64,000 nt of DNA. Source: an uncultured cyanobacterium (GTDB lineage: Bacteria > Cyanobacteriota > Cyanobacteriia > PCC-9006 > JAAUQQ01). Position numbers and translations under genes: made by a program. The stretch covers positions 3,552,001-3,616,000 of the forward strand of contig OY970368.1 in the NCBI GenBank assembly GCA_963718615.1, given 5' to 3'. Positions 21,422-31,323 of this stretch are shown here, piece by piece (position 1 is the stretch's first letter; each line of letters opens with the position of its first letter). The notes beneath the pieces were generated by a model. It searched no databases. It had not been told where the DNA came from and saw only the letters and a list, made by a program, of their open reading frames with translations.

Positions 21422-22258
21422 CTACCTTTGGATGGCGAGCAACACCGCATGATAATCCACCTCGATCTGGCCAGGACTTTGCTGATCCCAGGTGCGAATT
21501 AACTGACGCAGTTGGCGAGGAGAGAGACGGTTGGAGGGAACGGTTGCGGTGACGGGGGTGGCTGCGCCGATCGCCTTAAAATGCTGGAGGAAGGCGATCG
21601 CACTCGGATACACCAACGGCAAAAAATGCTGCTCAAACATAAAGTCCTGGGCCTGTCCCCACAGGGCTGCAATCATCGGCGTTGGGTTGGGTAAAGGATT
21701 GGCAGGATAGGGCAACGCCAACTGCTCGCACTGCTGCCGCCACTGGCGAAAACTATGGCAGCTAGGAAACGACAAGAGCAGCCAACCACCGGGCTGAAGT
21801 GATTGCAGTAACTTCACTACACTCCCCTGAGGATCCTGAAACCACTGCACCGCAAAGTTGCTAGCAATGAGTGCATAGGGGCCGGCCTTGGGCGGTATCG
21901 CTTCACCATCTAATAAATAGAACTTTGCTTTAGCCGGACCCAGCGTCGAGCCAAGCATTGAGCCAAGCCGGACCTGGCAACGACCCAACATTGCCTCCGA
22001 CACATCCGTAATTTCCAGAGGATGCCAACGGCCAAAGCGTTCCCACAGGCCCTGGCTCAAAAACCCTGTACCGCAGCCCAACTCCAGCACCGGCCCCGGC
22101 GGTAACTCCCCAATTTGGTCATCCAAGATTCGTAGAAGCATCCGCGCGCAGCGGGCTTGAACCCTTGCTTGGTCGTCGTAGGTGGTGTGCGATCGCCCAA
22201 ACGCAGCAGCAATCTGGGCTTTAATCTGGGCTTTGTCGAAAGCAGGTTCAGACATCAA
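21422..22258 (-). CDS. bioC: Malonyl-ACP O-methyltransferase
   Basis: IAAAFGR...YD..A.VQ, VLELGCGTG, SNFAVQW, K.IGA; bio gene context. Confidence 0.85.
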   Translation of the reverse strand: MMSEPAFDKAQIKAQIAAAFGRSHTTYDDQARVQARCARMLLRILDDQIGELPPGPVLELGCGTGFLSQGLWERFGRWHPLEITDVSEAMLGRCQVRLGSMLGSTLGPAKAKFYLLDGEAIPPKAGPYALIASNFAVQWFQDPQGSVVKLLQSLQPGGWLLLSFPSCHSFRQWRQQCEQLALPYPANPLPNPTPMIAALWGQAQDFMFEQHFLPLVYPSAIAFLQHFKAIGAATPVTATVPSNRLSPRQLRQLIRTWDQQSPGQIEVDYHAVLLAIQR

Positions 22259-22281
22259 TCAGACATCAATGAGAATACAAC

Positions 22282-23052
22282 TCAAACTATCCCGGACTGT
22301 TCATTGTCCCTGGAAAGATCACCCTCGGAAAGAGGCTCCGGGAGAAGCTGCGATCGCAACCTTGTCCAGCAATCCTCAAACTGGCTCACGGGTAGACTAT
22401 GGGGACCTTCTAGCCAATGGCATTCGGCATTGTTAAACAGGGCTTGCGCTAATTCGCTGGCGCGTTCCGGTGCGACAATTTGATCCTGTTGGCCTTGCAG
22501 CACTAGGATTTTGGGCCGACGAGCGAGAAATTCGATACAAAGGGTGGAATGGTCGAGATCCTGAAGATCGTTGAGAAGGAGCGGGAGATTGCACAGAACA
22601 TTAACTGAATCTGGGGCGATCGCAGCTTGCTCCAACCCACAGTTTTGTACCCCATAGCTCTGCAATCCACAGTTCTGCCAAAAGGCTTGGAGCACAACCT
22701 TGGGTTGTAATTGAAACTGCTCGATCATCTGTTGGAGAACCCGTTGCGATCGCCGTTTTGCCCGACGGTCCACCGGATGAAAATTAACAAAGCTTGCAAA
22801 CACAACGATTAGATCCGCAATGCGCAACTGCTGGGGGGGGCACAAATGCAAACCGTAGGAATGGGCAAAGATAATTTTGCGACTGTAGGGGTCCGTAAAA
22901 CTAGGCCGCACGGGTGATCCAAAATAGCCCCGATCAAAGCCATAAAACGGAATACCATGCTTAGCCAAACGAGCTTGCCAGGGTTGCCAGAATTGGCGAT
23001 CGAACCCCCAGCCGTGGTAGGCGATCATCTCAGCTGATGGGGATTGAATCAT
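22282..23052 (-). CDS. Pimeloyl-ACP methyl ester esterase (BioH/BioK-type alpha/beta hydrolase)
   Basis: YHGWGFD, AHSYG nucleophile elbow, G..D.IV, H near C-terminus; upstream of bioC-bioD. Confidence 0.75.
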   Translation of the reverse strand: MIQSPSAEMIAYHGWGFDRQFWQPWQARLAKHGIPFYGFDRGYFGSPVRPSFTDPYSRKIIFAHSYGLHLCPPQQLRIADLIVVFASFVNFHPVDRRAKRRSQRVLQQMIEQFQLQPKVVLQAFWQNCGLQSYGVQNCGLEQAAIAPDSVNVLCNLPLLLNDLQDLDHSTLCIEFLARRPKILVLQGQQDQIVAPERASELAQALFNNAECHWLEGPHSLPVSQFEDCWTRLRSQLLPEPLSEGDLSRDNEQSGIV

Positions 23053-23117
23053 GCACTCACCCGGAGGGAATCGAGACCGGTACTAGAGATAGATCCTAGC
23101 AGACCCGCTTGCTCCCT

Positions 23118-23933
23118 CTAGAGGCCAGGGATCCGGCACAACAGATCGCGACTCACTAACCTCTCAAACTGGGCACGCATGGCTTTGGCTGAGAGGGTAT
23201 CTGAGAGTAAAACCCCTGCTTCAATATTGCGCTGATGGGCCGCCTCGGTGAAGTTGGCAGAAGTGACAAATAGCTTTTCATCATCCACCACGACGCACTT
23301 GGCATGGAGGCAGGCGCGAGGCCCAATCGCCGTTGAAAGCGACTGGGGGTCGTAGAACACCTCCGGTAGGCGATCGCCGGGCCAAATCTCATTGCGGAAG
23401 CTTTCAGAAAATTTGCGCAGCAATGCCGCATCTGAGGTTTTGCGATCGCCATAGGGCCGCTTGATGTTCATAAAAATCCGAACCTTCAGCTCAGGAATGG
23501 TCACCATACGCTCAGCTAGGGGCTGGAATAGCGCTTTGGCTTTCTTGCCTGTGTCCAGGGCGTAGCTAGAAATTAAGACGCTCTTTTGGGCGCTGTGGAA
23601 TAGCTCCTGCACCACGACTCGCGTGTCGCGGCTTTCAGTTCCGAGGACTTCTTCGCCGGTCCAGACGAGGTCGATTCCGTTGCGTTGTTCCTGGGCTTGC
23701 TTTCGCGCTTGGGCCAGCAGATTGAGCAGGTAGGCCAGATGCACAGCTTTCATGCCGTCGCCGCTGAGCTGGTTTAGCTCGGTGGCGATCGCCGTCATGA
23801 GCGAGGTGGGCACCACATTGGTCAAGCTGCTGGGTTGGCAGGGGAGCGGGATACGCCCCTGGGCGATCGCATCTGCCAGGCCTTCCAAACCAGGCCGACT
23901 TAATTGGTGAAAGGCCGAAGTCGTCTTCACCAT
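23118..23933 (-). CDS. drmC: DISARM phospholipase D-family nuclease DrmC
   Basis: LVWTG, single HKD motif HAKCVVVDD, TSANFT..A..RNIEAG; last gene after the DUF1998 gene. Confidence 0.9.
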   Translation of the reverse strand: MVKTTSAFHQLSRPGLEGLADAIAQGRIPLPCQPSSLTNVVPTSLMTAIATELNQLSGDGMKAVHLAYLLNLLAQARKQAQEQRNGIDLVWTGEEVLGTESRDTRVVVQELFHSAQKSVLISSYALDTGKKAKALFQPLAERMVTIPELKVRIFMNIKRPYGDRKTSDAALLRKFSESFRNEIWPGDRLPEVFYDPQSLSTAIGPRACLHAKCVVVDDEKLFVTSANFTEAAHQRNIEAGVLLSDTLSAKAMRAQFERLVSRDLLCRIPGL

Positions 23934-23936
23934 GGC

Positions 23937-25823
23937 CTACAGGGAGGATGGGAAGAATGCCGCCGCACCATTGTTTTCAACGGTCTCGACGACTAAGGCC
24001 CGATCCAGAAACTCATTGCCCTGCTCGCAAGAGGTCTCGGAGATGAGCAGGCAACCATGGCAAGCTGCGCCGTGGCGGAAGCGTTCCTCGTAGGGTTCGT
24101 AGGGCTTGTGCTGGGCACAAACGGGATCGTTGGAGCAGAGGCGACCGGAGTCGATGGCCTTGGCGATGTGCTGCTCAATTTTTCGCCTGACCTGAATCAG
24201 GCCGCCCAGGGTTCCTTCGGAACCGGAGGAGCCGGTGTAGAGCAAAATCCCATAACCCGAGGGTCCAGCATAGACTCGCTCTCGAATGGCGCTGGCCGAA
24301 TAGCCGCATTCCAATGAAATCGATGTGATCAGCAAATGGGACAGGCTATGAAGCATGATGTAGGGCAGTCCTGGAAACTTAAACGGCTGCTCCTGGGTGG
24401 CATTATCGGTTTTGATCTCCCGACGCTGGAGCCATTGGTCAAATCCCTGCTGAAGTTCATCACCGCGTTTCTTAACCGCATCGCGCTGGAGCCAGGTGGC
24501 GATCGCTTCAGGCTTAAAGGCGATAAAAATACCTTCTCCCTTGGTCTCAATGGCCGGAAACCAGTCGGTTTCTAAGCCCAAAGCGGCGGGCGCAACGTCG
24601 AGCTGCAACTCACCGTCAATATCTGAGAAGGGTGCTTCAAAGCGGGTGAAACTGACCTGGGCTCGCACTTCCCGCAGGCGATGGACCAGAACAATTCGGT
24701 CTACGGAGGCCCTGAGGGAGTCGGGCAGGTTATCCAGGCTGCGGTTGCGAGCGTAGAAATCCTTGTCGGGCAGGTCTTCACCCATCTCATCGGGCTGGGA
24801 TAGCAGCGTCTCGATCTCGACCTGTTTAATTTTTTTCGACTCTGGCTTCGCGCCACTTTTACGCTGTGTCACCTCGGCCCAAACCTGGTCATTGGAGAAC
24901 TCCCCCAGGGCTTCAGAGACGCGCTGCTTTTTGCGCTCACGGGCGATGTCATCAGCATCCTCGGCATATTGCAAAAAGTCCTCGTACACCAGATTCACCG
25001 CCTCTTTAATGGCGGCATCACTGCTGGGCAGGGAAATGACGGTGGAGGTTTGGGCAAAGTAGGCGTTACTGGCGGAGCGCACTAGAAGCTTGTTGTAGAC
25101 GCGACGGTTATCTTCGTCAATGCCGCATTCCTCGCGAGCATGGGGGCCGAGCCAAGGGCGATTTCCCTGACAAATGCCCAGCTCCTTTGATTTTGGTAGC
25201 GTCGCATCCGAAAGCGGACGCCGCTTCTCACAGGATTCACAGCGCACAAAGATGTCGGCAAAATCATTACCCGTGCCGCCCTCATCGAGCCAAAGCTCAC
25301 CAACACAACTCTCGCCTCTATGAACAAAGTAGCGCCAGTTAATATCGCTGATATGGCCATGGACGCAGGCTTGGACGAAGCGCACGGGAACCACAGAACG
25401 CTTCTTTTTATCCTTGTCAAAATACTTGCCACCATGGGGGGCAAGCTTCTTCCAGGGGAGCAGGGGGCGAGTGCGGTAGCGTTTCCCGCTGGGAGCCAGG
25501 AATTCTTCATCCACCTGGGCCACAAACCAGCCTGGAAACATGAAGCTTTGGATGCCGGTTCTTGGCCCGATGGGATCTTGGGAGCTGGCGGGGGGCTCGC
25601 GTAGGGAGATATTGGGCTGGCCGAATTTCTGCTGGAGGTACTGCTCCAAGCGAGGCTCATAGATACGAGGAATCTCGGTTTTGCCATAGTTCCAATGGTT
25701 GAGGCCGCCCATGAGGATGGAGGTTTCGGGCAGATCGACCATGGAACCGGGGCCAAAGCTGGACAGGATCTGGCTTTGGCGAATTTCACCCGCAGGGGGC
25801 TTCTTACCTTTGTTTTGACTCAT
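23937..25823 (-). CDS. drmB: DISARM DUF1998 protein DrmB
   Basis: IRQSQ...FGPGS, LHSLSHLL, GSEGTLGGL, CSNDPVC...ACHGC...SCE; overlaps the drmA stop. Confidence 0.92.
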   Translation of the reverse strand: MSQNKGKKPPAGEIRQSQILSSFGPGSMVDLPETSILMGGLNHWNYGKTEIPRIYEPRLEQYLQQKFGQPNISLREPPASSQDPIGPRTGIQSFMFPGWFVAQVDEEFLAPSGKRYRTRPLLPWKKLAPHGGKYFDKDKKKRSVVPVRFVQACVHGHISDINWRYFVHRGESCVGELWLDEGGTGNDFADIFVRCESCEKRRPLSDATLPKSKELGICQGNRPWLGPHAREECGIDEDNRRVYNKLLVRSASNAYFAQTSTVISLPSSDAAIKEAVNLVYEDFLQYAEDADDIARERKKQRVSEALGEFSNDQVWAEVTQRKSGAKPESKKIKQVEIETLLSQPDEMGEDLPDKDFYARNRSLDNLPDSLRASVDRIVLVHRLREVRAQVSFTRFEAPFSDIDGELQLDVAPAALGLETDWFPAIETKGEGIFIAFKPEAIATWLQRDAVKKRGDELQQGFDQWLQRREIKTDNATQEQPFKFPGLPYIMLHSLSHLLITSISLECGYSASAIRERVYAGPSGYGILLYTGSSGSEGTLGGLIQVRRKIEQHIAKAIDSGRLCSNDPVCAQHKPYEPYEERFRHGAACHGCLLISETSCEQGNEFLDRALVVETVENNGAAAFFPSSL

Positions 25824-28800
25824 GACTTCAACTCCATTTCATTGCCATTGGGGTCATGCAACCACAGGTGAACCGTGGGTTCGACATCCCGCAGACTGCG
25901 TTGGGCTTTGAACTTTTTGGCTGGACCCACCTTGGGTCGGTCTGGGTCGAGCGGGGTGAACAGCAGTGGTGGTGCCTTGCCCACTTCCCGTTGGTATTGC
26001 AGGTCTCCTTCCTGCTCTTTGGCGACGCTGTCCCAACTATCCAAGAGGTCTCTGACGATGCCTTGCACTTTGAGCCGGAGCGCTTCCGCTTGGTCAGCAT
26101 CAAAATTCTTGTCGTGCATTTCTGCTCGTTTAGACAGCGCCTCGACGACAAAATCAAGCTCGGTGCGATGGGCGAGAATGGCTCCTGCACCCAAGGGCTG
26201 GGTCAGTTTGTCATGGCCTAGGCGGGCGAGGGCGACAACGACGCCGGGCAGACCTCGATCTAAGGCGCGGGGAGAGAAGGGGGTAACGCTGGTGGCTTCG
26301 ACAGCTCGGTAGAAGGTGTTGTGCCAGGCTTGGAAGCGTTCGTAGTGGGAACGGTCTCTGGGGCGATGAATGTTTAACAAGGTGATGACCAACCCCGGAC
26401 GTTCATCATCTCGGCCCACGCGGCTGGTGGCCTGAATGTATTCCGAGGCGGTCTTGGGCTGACCGAGCACGACCATGAGGCCGAGACGGGTGATGTCGAG
26501 ACCGACGGAAATCATATTGGTTGCCAGGACAACATCTACGGCTTTTTTGAAGTCTTCGGGGTGATGGAAGGTGGCTTCCAAACGGCTTTTGGCTTCGGCA
26601 ACTTTAGTGGTGTTGACCCGTGAGGTTAGCTCCAGGGGTTCGTTGATTTTGCGGCTGAGGAACAGGCCGAGGTCTTCGTCCTGGCGATGGCGATCGCCAT
26701 AGGTCTCCAACCGCGACTGCACTTCATCCTCAACGATGCGGCGGCTGCCCCCCAGCTCCCGCAGGGAGTTGAAGTAGCCCATCAGGGTCATGTAGGGGTC
26801 GGCTGGGTTGTCCTTGTTGCGACGGCCTCCGGCTTCTTCCCAGGCTTTTTTGCTCGCGCCGAGCATGGCGAGGTAGGTGCGCAGTAGAACGACCTTAAGA
26901 CTGCGGCCCTGGGCAGCAACGCCGAGGTAGCTGCGGCCATGCTTCTCCGTCACGGGGACGGTTTTGGCAAAGAAGGAGTCGCGGCGGTCTGGGCCGGGGG
27001 GCGGGAAGACTTCGACGGTGTCGCGGCCAAAAAGGGCGCGGATTTGACTGGTGGCGCGGCGGACGGTGGCGGTGGAGGCGACGATTTTGGGGCGGATGGT
27101 TTGACCGTCTGCGGTTTGGTAGGTCGAGAGGGCATCGATCGCCGTTTCATACAGCCCCACCATGGTGCCGAGGGGACCGGAAATCAAATGCAGCTCGTCT
27201 TGGATGATCAGGTCTGGGGGCAGTAGGGGCTTGGTTAAGGCTCCCCCTTGGTTGGGTTGGGCGGCACCGTAGAAGCCGTCTTGGTCGTAGCGCTTCACCT
27301 TGCCGAAGAGGCCTGCGGTTTCGCCAATCCAGGGCAGGTTGGCAAATTTATCCACGGTGGCAATGAGGAAGCAGGGTAGACGGCGATAAATGGGTTCATC
27401 CACGGTGACGATGGGCAGGGATTGGTCCCGGCGAAAGACGCAGACGGGTTTGCCATCCGGGCGCTTTTTCTTATTGAGGCAGGTGATGCGCAGGTCTTTG
27501 GGCTGGTCCGTGGTGGGGAGGAGTTGAAAGGACTTGGCTCCAAATTGGGTGCCACACCAGGGGCAGTTTTCCAGAGGAATAGGGCAGTCTGGGGTGGTTT
27601 CGTTTTGGTAGGCGATGGTGCGGGCGCGGGCGCTGGTGCGGTCCTTGTCTTTTTTGCTGCCCATGCGGTTGGCGGTGGCGGCTTGGCCCACCCAGAGGCC
27701 TATCTCGAAGGGCCAGGGGCCAAGCTTTTCAACGTTCTGCTGGCGCTCTAGTTCTAGGGCGCAGATGAGGGTGGCGGCGCGGCCCAGTTGGTCGAGGGTG
27801 AGTAGGCGCAGGGTGTAGCGCATGAGGACGCTGAGGCCTGCGGATTCGAGGCCGGGGTTGCGCAGGCGGCGCAGGACGAGGGTGAAGGCGGCGAGGCCCA
27901 GGTAGGCTTCGGTTTTGCCGCCGCCAGTGGGGAAGAAGATAAGCTCAACTGTCTCTCGATCTTGATTTTCCGGATCGTCGATACTGACGATATTCATGAG
28001 TAGAAATGCTATTTGAAAAGGCCGCCAAATAGGTGTTCTGGCATTCTCTGGCAATAAGTCATCTCGATCATGAGTTGCACGCTGCCTCATGCTCCTTGCC
28101 ACAGCACGATTAGCAATTTGGAAGGCTTCTAGAACATCGGGTTTATCGAGAGCCTTTAACCCAGCTTCAATACGTTGATTAACGTGGGCAGCTTTCTCTA
28201 GAAGGTCTTTAGAGACTTCAGCACGTTGCTGTGGGCTCGTGGGTGCATTGGCTTGCTGTTGAGTAATCCAAGTGCTGTAGGCTGTGACGATGCCGCCGAC
28301 CATACCGCGAATTGCATCTGCATCAACCGCATCACCTAGGGCTTCAATTCTTAAATCAACTTTAGGAATTTCTTCGTTATGGAGAACTTTCTCGACATCG
28401 GCCTGGGGCATCCAGTTGGTGCTGGCTTGGTAGCACTGGGGCTGGTCTGCTTCACCTGGGGCTGTGGCGGAGACGATGGCTGTGGCAGAAACGTTATGGC
28501 CGACGGCGTATTCGACGTCGTGGCGATATTGGAGGTCGGCGATGCGTCCGTCTTCGTCGTCGAGGGCTTGGGTGCGCAGGTCGGGGCGGGGAACAAAGGG
28601 CAGTTTTGAGCTGGCGGTGAGTTGGACTTGGAAGATGTAGGCGCAGTCTCGCTCGGCGCTGAGGGCGGCGGGGGCGCGTTTGTTGACGAGGAAGAGGGAG
28701 ACGGAGCGGGTGCCGCTGGGAAGGCCGCAGCCGTTGTTGATGGGGCGAATGGAGAGGGAGAGTTCTAGGCCGTTGCTGCCGGGAACGGGGATGGTTTTGC

Positions 28801-29359
28801 GAATCCCTTCGGTGGCGGGCAGGTCCAGTTGAGTGATGCCAGGGATGGGGTCGTTGCCGAGCAGGCTGATTTGCTCAGGGTCGTCGCTGGCTTGGGAAAG
28901 GGAGATGCAGAGGGCAGATTGGCGGGGGGTGCGTTGCCAGGGGCGGCTGGTGCTGGCTTGGAGGCGGGTTTCGGCTTCGCTCTCAGCTTCGGGTAAGGGG
29001 TGGTAGTCACCCCAGGCGCAGTCCACGTCAATTTCCGTTGTCTCGGCGCTGATGAGGAAGCTGAGGCCAAAGGAGGAGGGGAAGATGCCTTTGCGGGCGG
29101 AGGCGGCTTCGGGCTTTTCGTCGTCGTCGCCGCTGGTTGTTTTTTCAACCTGAGAGTCGAAGCTGTCGTCGCTGTCGGGGTCGGAGCGGTCCTGGAGTTT
29201 GGCTTCGTAGGGGACAAGGAAGCCGGACAGGTACCACTTGGAGGGGGCCTGGGGGATAATTTCATCGGCATGGGCGCTGTCGGGCTCAGGACCGATGAGG
29301 TCGAGCTTGAGGGCATTGATGAGAGATGACCGCACTTCTGCGGAGGTTTCTAGCGCCAT
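25820..29359 (-). CDS. drmA: DISARM SF2 helicase DrmA
   Basis: WRPFQ, FPTGGGKTEAY, YTLRLLT, IQDELH, ATNMISVGLD, YIQATSRVGR. Confidence 0.93.
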   Translation of the reverse strand: MALETSAEVRSSLINALKLDLIGPEPDSAHADEIIPQAPSKWYLSGFLVPYEAKLQDRSDPDSDDSFDSQVEKTTSGDDDEKPEAASARKGIFPSSFGLSFLISAETTEIDVDCAWGDYHPLPEAESEAETRLQASTSRPWQRTPRQSALCISLSQASDDPEQISLLGNDPIPGITQLDLPATEGIRKTIPVPGSNGLELSLSIRPINNGCGLPSGTRSVSLFLVNKRAPAALSAERDCAYIFQVQLTASSKLPFVPRPDLRTQALDDEDGRIADLQYRHDVEYAVGHNVSATAIVSATAPGEADQPQCYQASTNWMPQADVEKVLHNEEIPKVDLRIEALGDAVDADAIRGMVGGIVTAYSTWITQQQANAPTSPQQRAEVSKDLLEKAAHVNQRIEAGLKALDKPDVLEAFQIANRAVARSMRQRATHDRDDLLPENARTPIWRPFQIAFLLMNIVSIDDPENQDRETVELIFFPTGGGKTEAYLGLAAFTLVLRRLRNPGLESAGLSVLMRYTLRLLTLDQLGRAATLICALELERQQNVEKLGPWPFEIGLWVGQAATANRMGSKKDKDRTSARARTIAYQNETTPDCPIPLENCPWCGTQFGAKSFQLLPTTDQPKDLRITCLNKKKRPDGKPVCVFRRDQSLPIVTVDEPIYRRLPCFLIATVDKFANLPWIGETAGLFGKVKRYDQDGFYGAAQPNQGGALTKPLLPPDLIIQDELHLISGPLGTMVGLYETAIDALSTYQTADGQTIRPKIVASTATVRRATSQIRALFGRDTVEVFPPPGPDRRDSFFAKTVPVTEKHGRSYLGVAAQGRSLKVVLLRTYLAMLGASKKAWEEAGGRRNKDNPADPYMTLMGYFNSLRELGGSRRIVEDEVQSRLETYGDRHRQDEDLGLFLSRKINEPLELTSRVNTTKVAEAKSRLEATFHHPEDFKKAVDVVLATNMISVGLDITRLGLMVVLGQPKTASEYIQATSRVGRDDERPGLVITLLNIHRPRDRSHYERFQAWHNTFYRAVEATSVTPFSPRALDRGLPGVVVALARLGHDKLTQPLGAGAILAHRTELDFVVEALSKRAEMHDKNFDADQAEALRLKVQGIVRDLLDSWDSVAKEQEGDLQYQREVGKAPPLLFTPLDPDRPKVGPAKKFKAQRSLRDVEPTVHLWLHDPNGNEMELKS

Positions 29360-29454
29360 GGGTGCTAAATCAGACCAGTAAATCTATCTAAAGCATAGCG
29401 GTAGAGAAAGCGATCGGTCAGGATGGTTTTGCCCCTTTTGACTTTCATGAGCGG

Positions 29455-29532
29455 TTAGGCGACGGCGTAGCCGGTGTGGGGCCGAACGTGGGGGGGATGG
29501 AAGGCGAGGACGATGTGGTCTTTGGCTGCCAT
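29455..29532 (-). pseudogene. xisH/xisI deletion scar (25-codon fusion)
   Basis: Translates MAAKD-HIVLAFHPPHVRPHTGYAVA*. MAAKD resembles an XisH N-terminus and the rest resembles the conserved XisI C-terminus (IVLAFHPP..R..TGYAVA). Confidence 0.7.
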
Positions 29533-29548
29533 GACTCGATTTTAGGGG

Positions 29549-30925
29549 CTAATCCAGCAGGTCGAGTTGTTCGATGGCGGGGGGGATGAGGTTGAGCTGT
29601 TTGCTGGGCTTGGGGCTGGTGTTTTTGCTGGGTTTGGCTTTGGCGGGGGGTTTGGCTTTGGCTTTGGCTTTGCCGGTTTTCTTTTTGCCGTGGAGGCCGC
29701 CGCGTATTTCTGCTTCGTAGCGGGTTTGGTTGAGGTCGAGGAGGCGGGCGAGGATTTCGTCGTGGATGGCTTCGGGCCAGCGGTAGCGCCAGGGGAGTTT
29801 TTTGCGTTTTTTGAGGCTGGCTTGGATTTGGTTGTCGAAGGCGGCGGCTTGGGCGGGGTCGGCCCAGTGGAGGTCGCCGGATGCGATGCGGTCTTGGAGG
29901 TTGGGGGGGAGGTTGTCGGTTTCGATGTCGAGGTAGTCGAGGGCGAAGCCGCAGGGGATGTGGCCTTGGTCGTCGGTTTCAAGATGTTCGGTCCAGCCGT
30001 AGGCGGTGAGGACGGCTTGGTCCATTTGGCTGTGGAGGTCGCGGAGGTGGTGGATTTCGGGGTCGGTTTCTTGGGGGTCGTGGAAGCGGTTGTAGGTGTC
30101 GGTGAGACCCTGGTTGTTGCGGATCATGAGGGCGGCGCGGTAGTCGTAGTAGGCTTTGCCGATGGTTTCGAGGGTGGGGTCGGTTTCCCAGTTTTCGGGG
30201 AAGGGGAAGGTTTCGAAGCAGTCGGAGGGGGTGTAGCGGAGTCGATCTTCCAGGGATGAGCCGAAGAAGCGTGTCCAGATTTCGTGGGGTCGGGATTGGA
30301 GGGCGCAGAAGGCTGAATAGGTGGAAATTGCAATTACGATAAGCTGCTCAGAATAGACCGTTCCTGCTGACAGAAATGTGAATGATCCATGTTGACCGAC
30401 ACGAGCAACTACTAATACCCGATCGCAAGTTGCGATCGCTCTAAACAAAGCAGGCGTGGTCTCCCCAAATTGCCACCAATAACGTGCTCGAATTTCCCGA
30501 TTTTGCTTGAGTCTTGCGGGCTTAATCTTCTCCTCAACGATCGCCATCAACTCCGGCCATTCCCGCGCTTCCTCCTCGCTCATCTCCCCAAAATTAATCA
30601 CATAGCGATGATGCTCATGGGTCGGGCTACTGTTGACTTCAGAGCCACCAATATAGGGGAAAATGCGTTCCTGATTCTTGGGATTCTCGGCAATCAATCG
30701 CTGCATTTCGGCCAGGGATGTTGCCTCAGGGGCCGTATCATCAAACGTAAATCCCATGCCTAAAACATAGCTGCCGACAAAACTCTTTTCCGCATTGGCC
30801 AGCAGCACTTTCGGGTTTTCGTGACCGCCCTTGGGAAACAGAAATGCCGTGATTTTTTCGACGGGTTTGCCGTCTAGGAGAATGGGAATAGAGGGTGGCA
30901 GTGCAAAGGAGAGGTTGCTTGACAT
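29549..30925 (-). CDS. Stand-alone DrmMI C-terminal half / MmeI-like target-recognition subunit, allele B
   Basis: ILLDGKPVEKITAFLF, GMGFTFDD, PYIGG.EVN, RYVINF, WW.F, LQSRPHE.W, LRYTPSDCFETFPFP, GLTDTYNRFHDP. Confidence 0.85.
   Translation of the reverse strand: MSSNLSFALPPSIPILLDGKPVEKITAFLFPKGGHENPKVLLANAEKSFVGSYVLGMGFTFDDTAPEATSLAEMQRLIAENPKNQERIFPYIGGSEVNSSPTHEHHRYVINFGEMSEEEAREWPELMAIVEEKIKPARLKQNREIRARYWWQFGETTPALFRAIATCDRVLVVARVGQHGSFTFLSAGTVYSEQLIVIAISTYSAFCALQSRPHEIWTRFFGSSLEDRLRYTPSDCFETFPFPENWETDPTLETIGKAYYDYRAALMIRNNQGLTDTYNRFHDPQETDPEIHHLRDLHSQMDQAVLTAYGWTEHLETDDQGHIPCGFALDYLDIETDNLPPNLQDRIASGDLHWADPAQAAAFDNQIQASLKKRKKLPWRYRWPEAIHDEILARLLDLNQTRYEAEIRGGLHGKKKTGKAKAKAKPPAKAKPSKNTSPKPSKQLNLIPPAIEQLDLLD
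29720..30319. repeat. Direct repeat T, copy 1 (TRD constant region), partner 35024-35623
   Basis: 600 bp, offset 5304, about ten mismatches by eye. Gap-free similarity continues with variable patches to ~30876/36180. Confidence 0.95.
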
Positions 30926-30932
30926 AAAACTT

Positions 30933-31319
30933 CTATGGATAAGTGAGTAAGTTTAGATTGTCGATAAAGCGAAAATCCCGTTGATTTTTACTCAACAGTG
31001 CCATCTGAGCCTCCATAGCAGTCGCCGCAATCAGGGCATCTGGGATAAGTAACCCATGACTCAAAACATAGCGCTGAAGCAATTCCTGAGCACGAGCACT
31101 GATGGGCTCCGTCAGGTGGATCACCTGAAACCGCTCAACAAACCGTTCCAACTCCCTGAGCTCAGCCTTGTTTCGGCAACCCACCATCAGCTCCATCACA
31201 GTAATGACCGACACAGCCAAAGTCGAGACTTCACTCTCCTGCATCACCCGTTGCTTAGCGGTATTGTCATCATTAGAAATATCAATCAAGATATCGGTAT
31301 CCACGAGCGTTTGGATCAT
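30933..31319 (-). CDS. vapC: PIN-domain VapC toxin (cassette B)
   Basis: LVDTDILID, SVIT.MEL..G, IPDALIAATA, N.RDF. Confidence 0.9.
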   Translation of the reverse strand: MIQTLVDTDILIDISNDDNTAKQRVMQESEVSTLAVSVITVMELMVGCRNKAELRELERFVERFQVIHLTEPISARAQELLQRYVLSHGLLIPDALIAATAMEAQMALLSKNQRDFRFIDNLNLLTYP

Positions 31320-31323
31320 GTCA

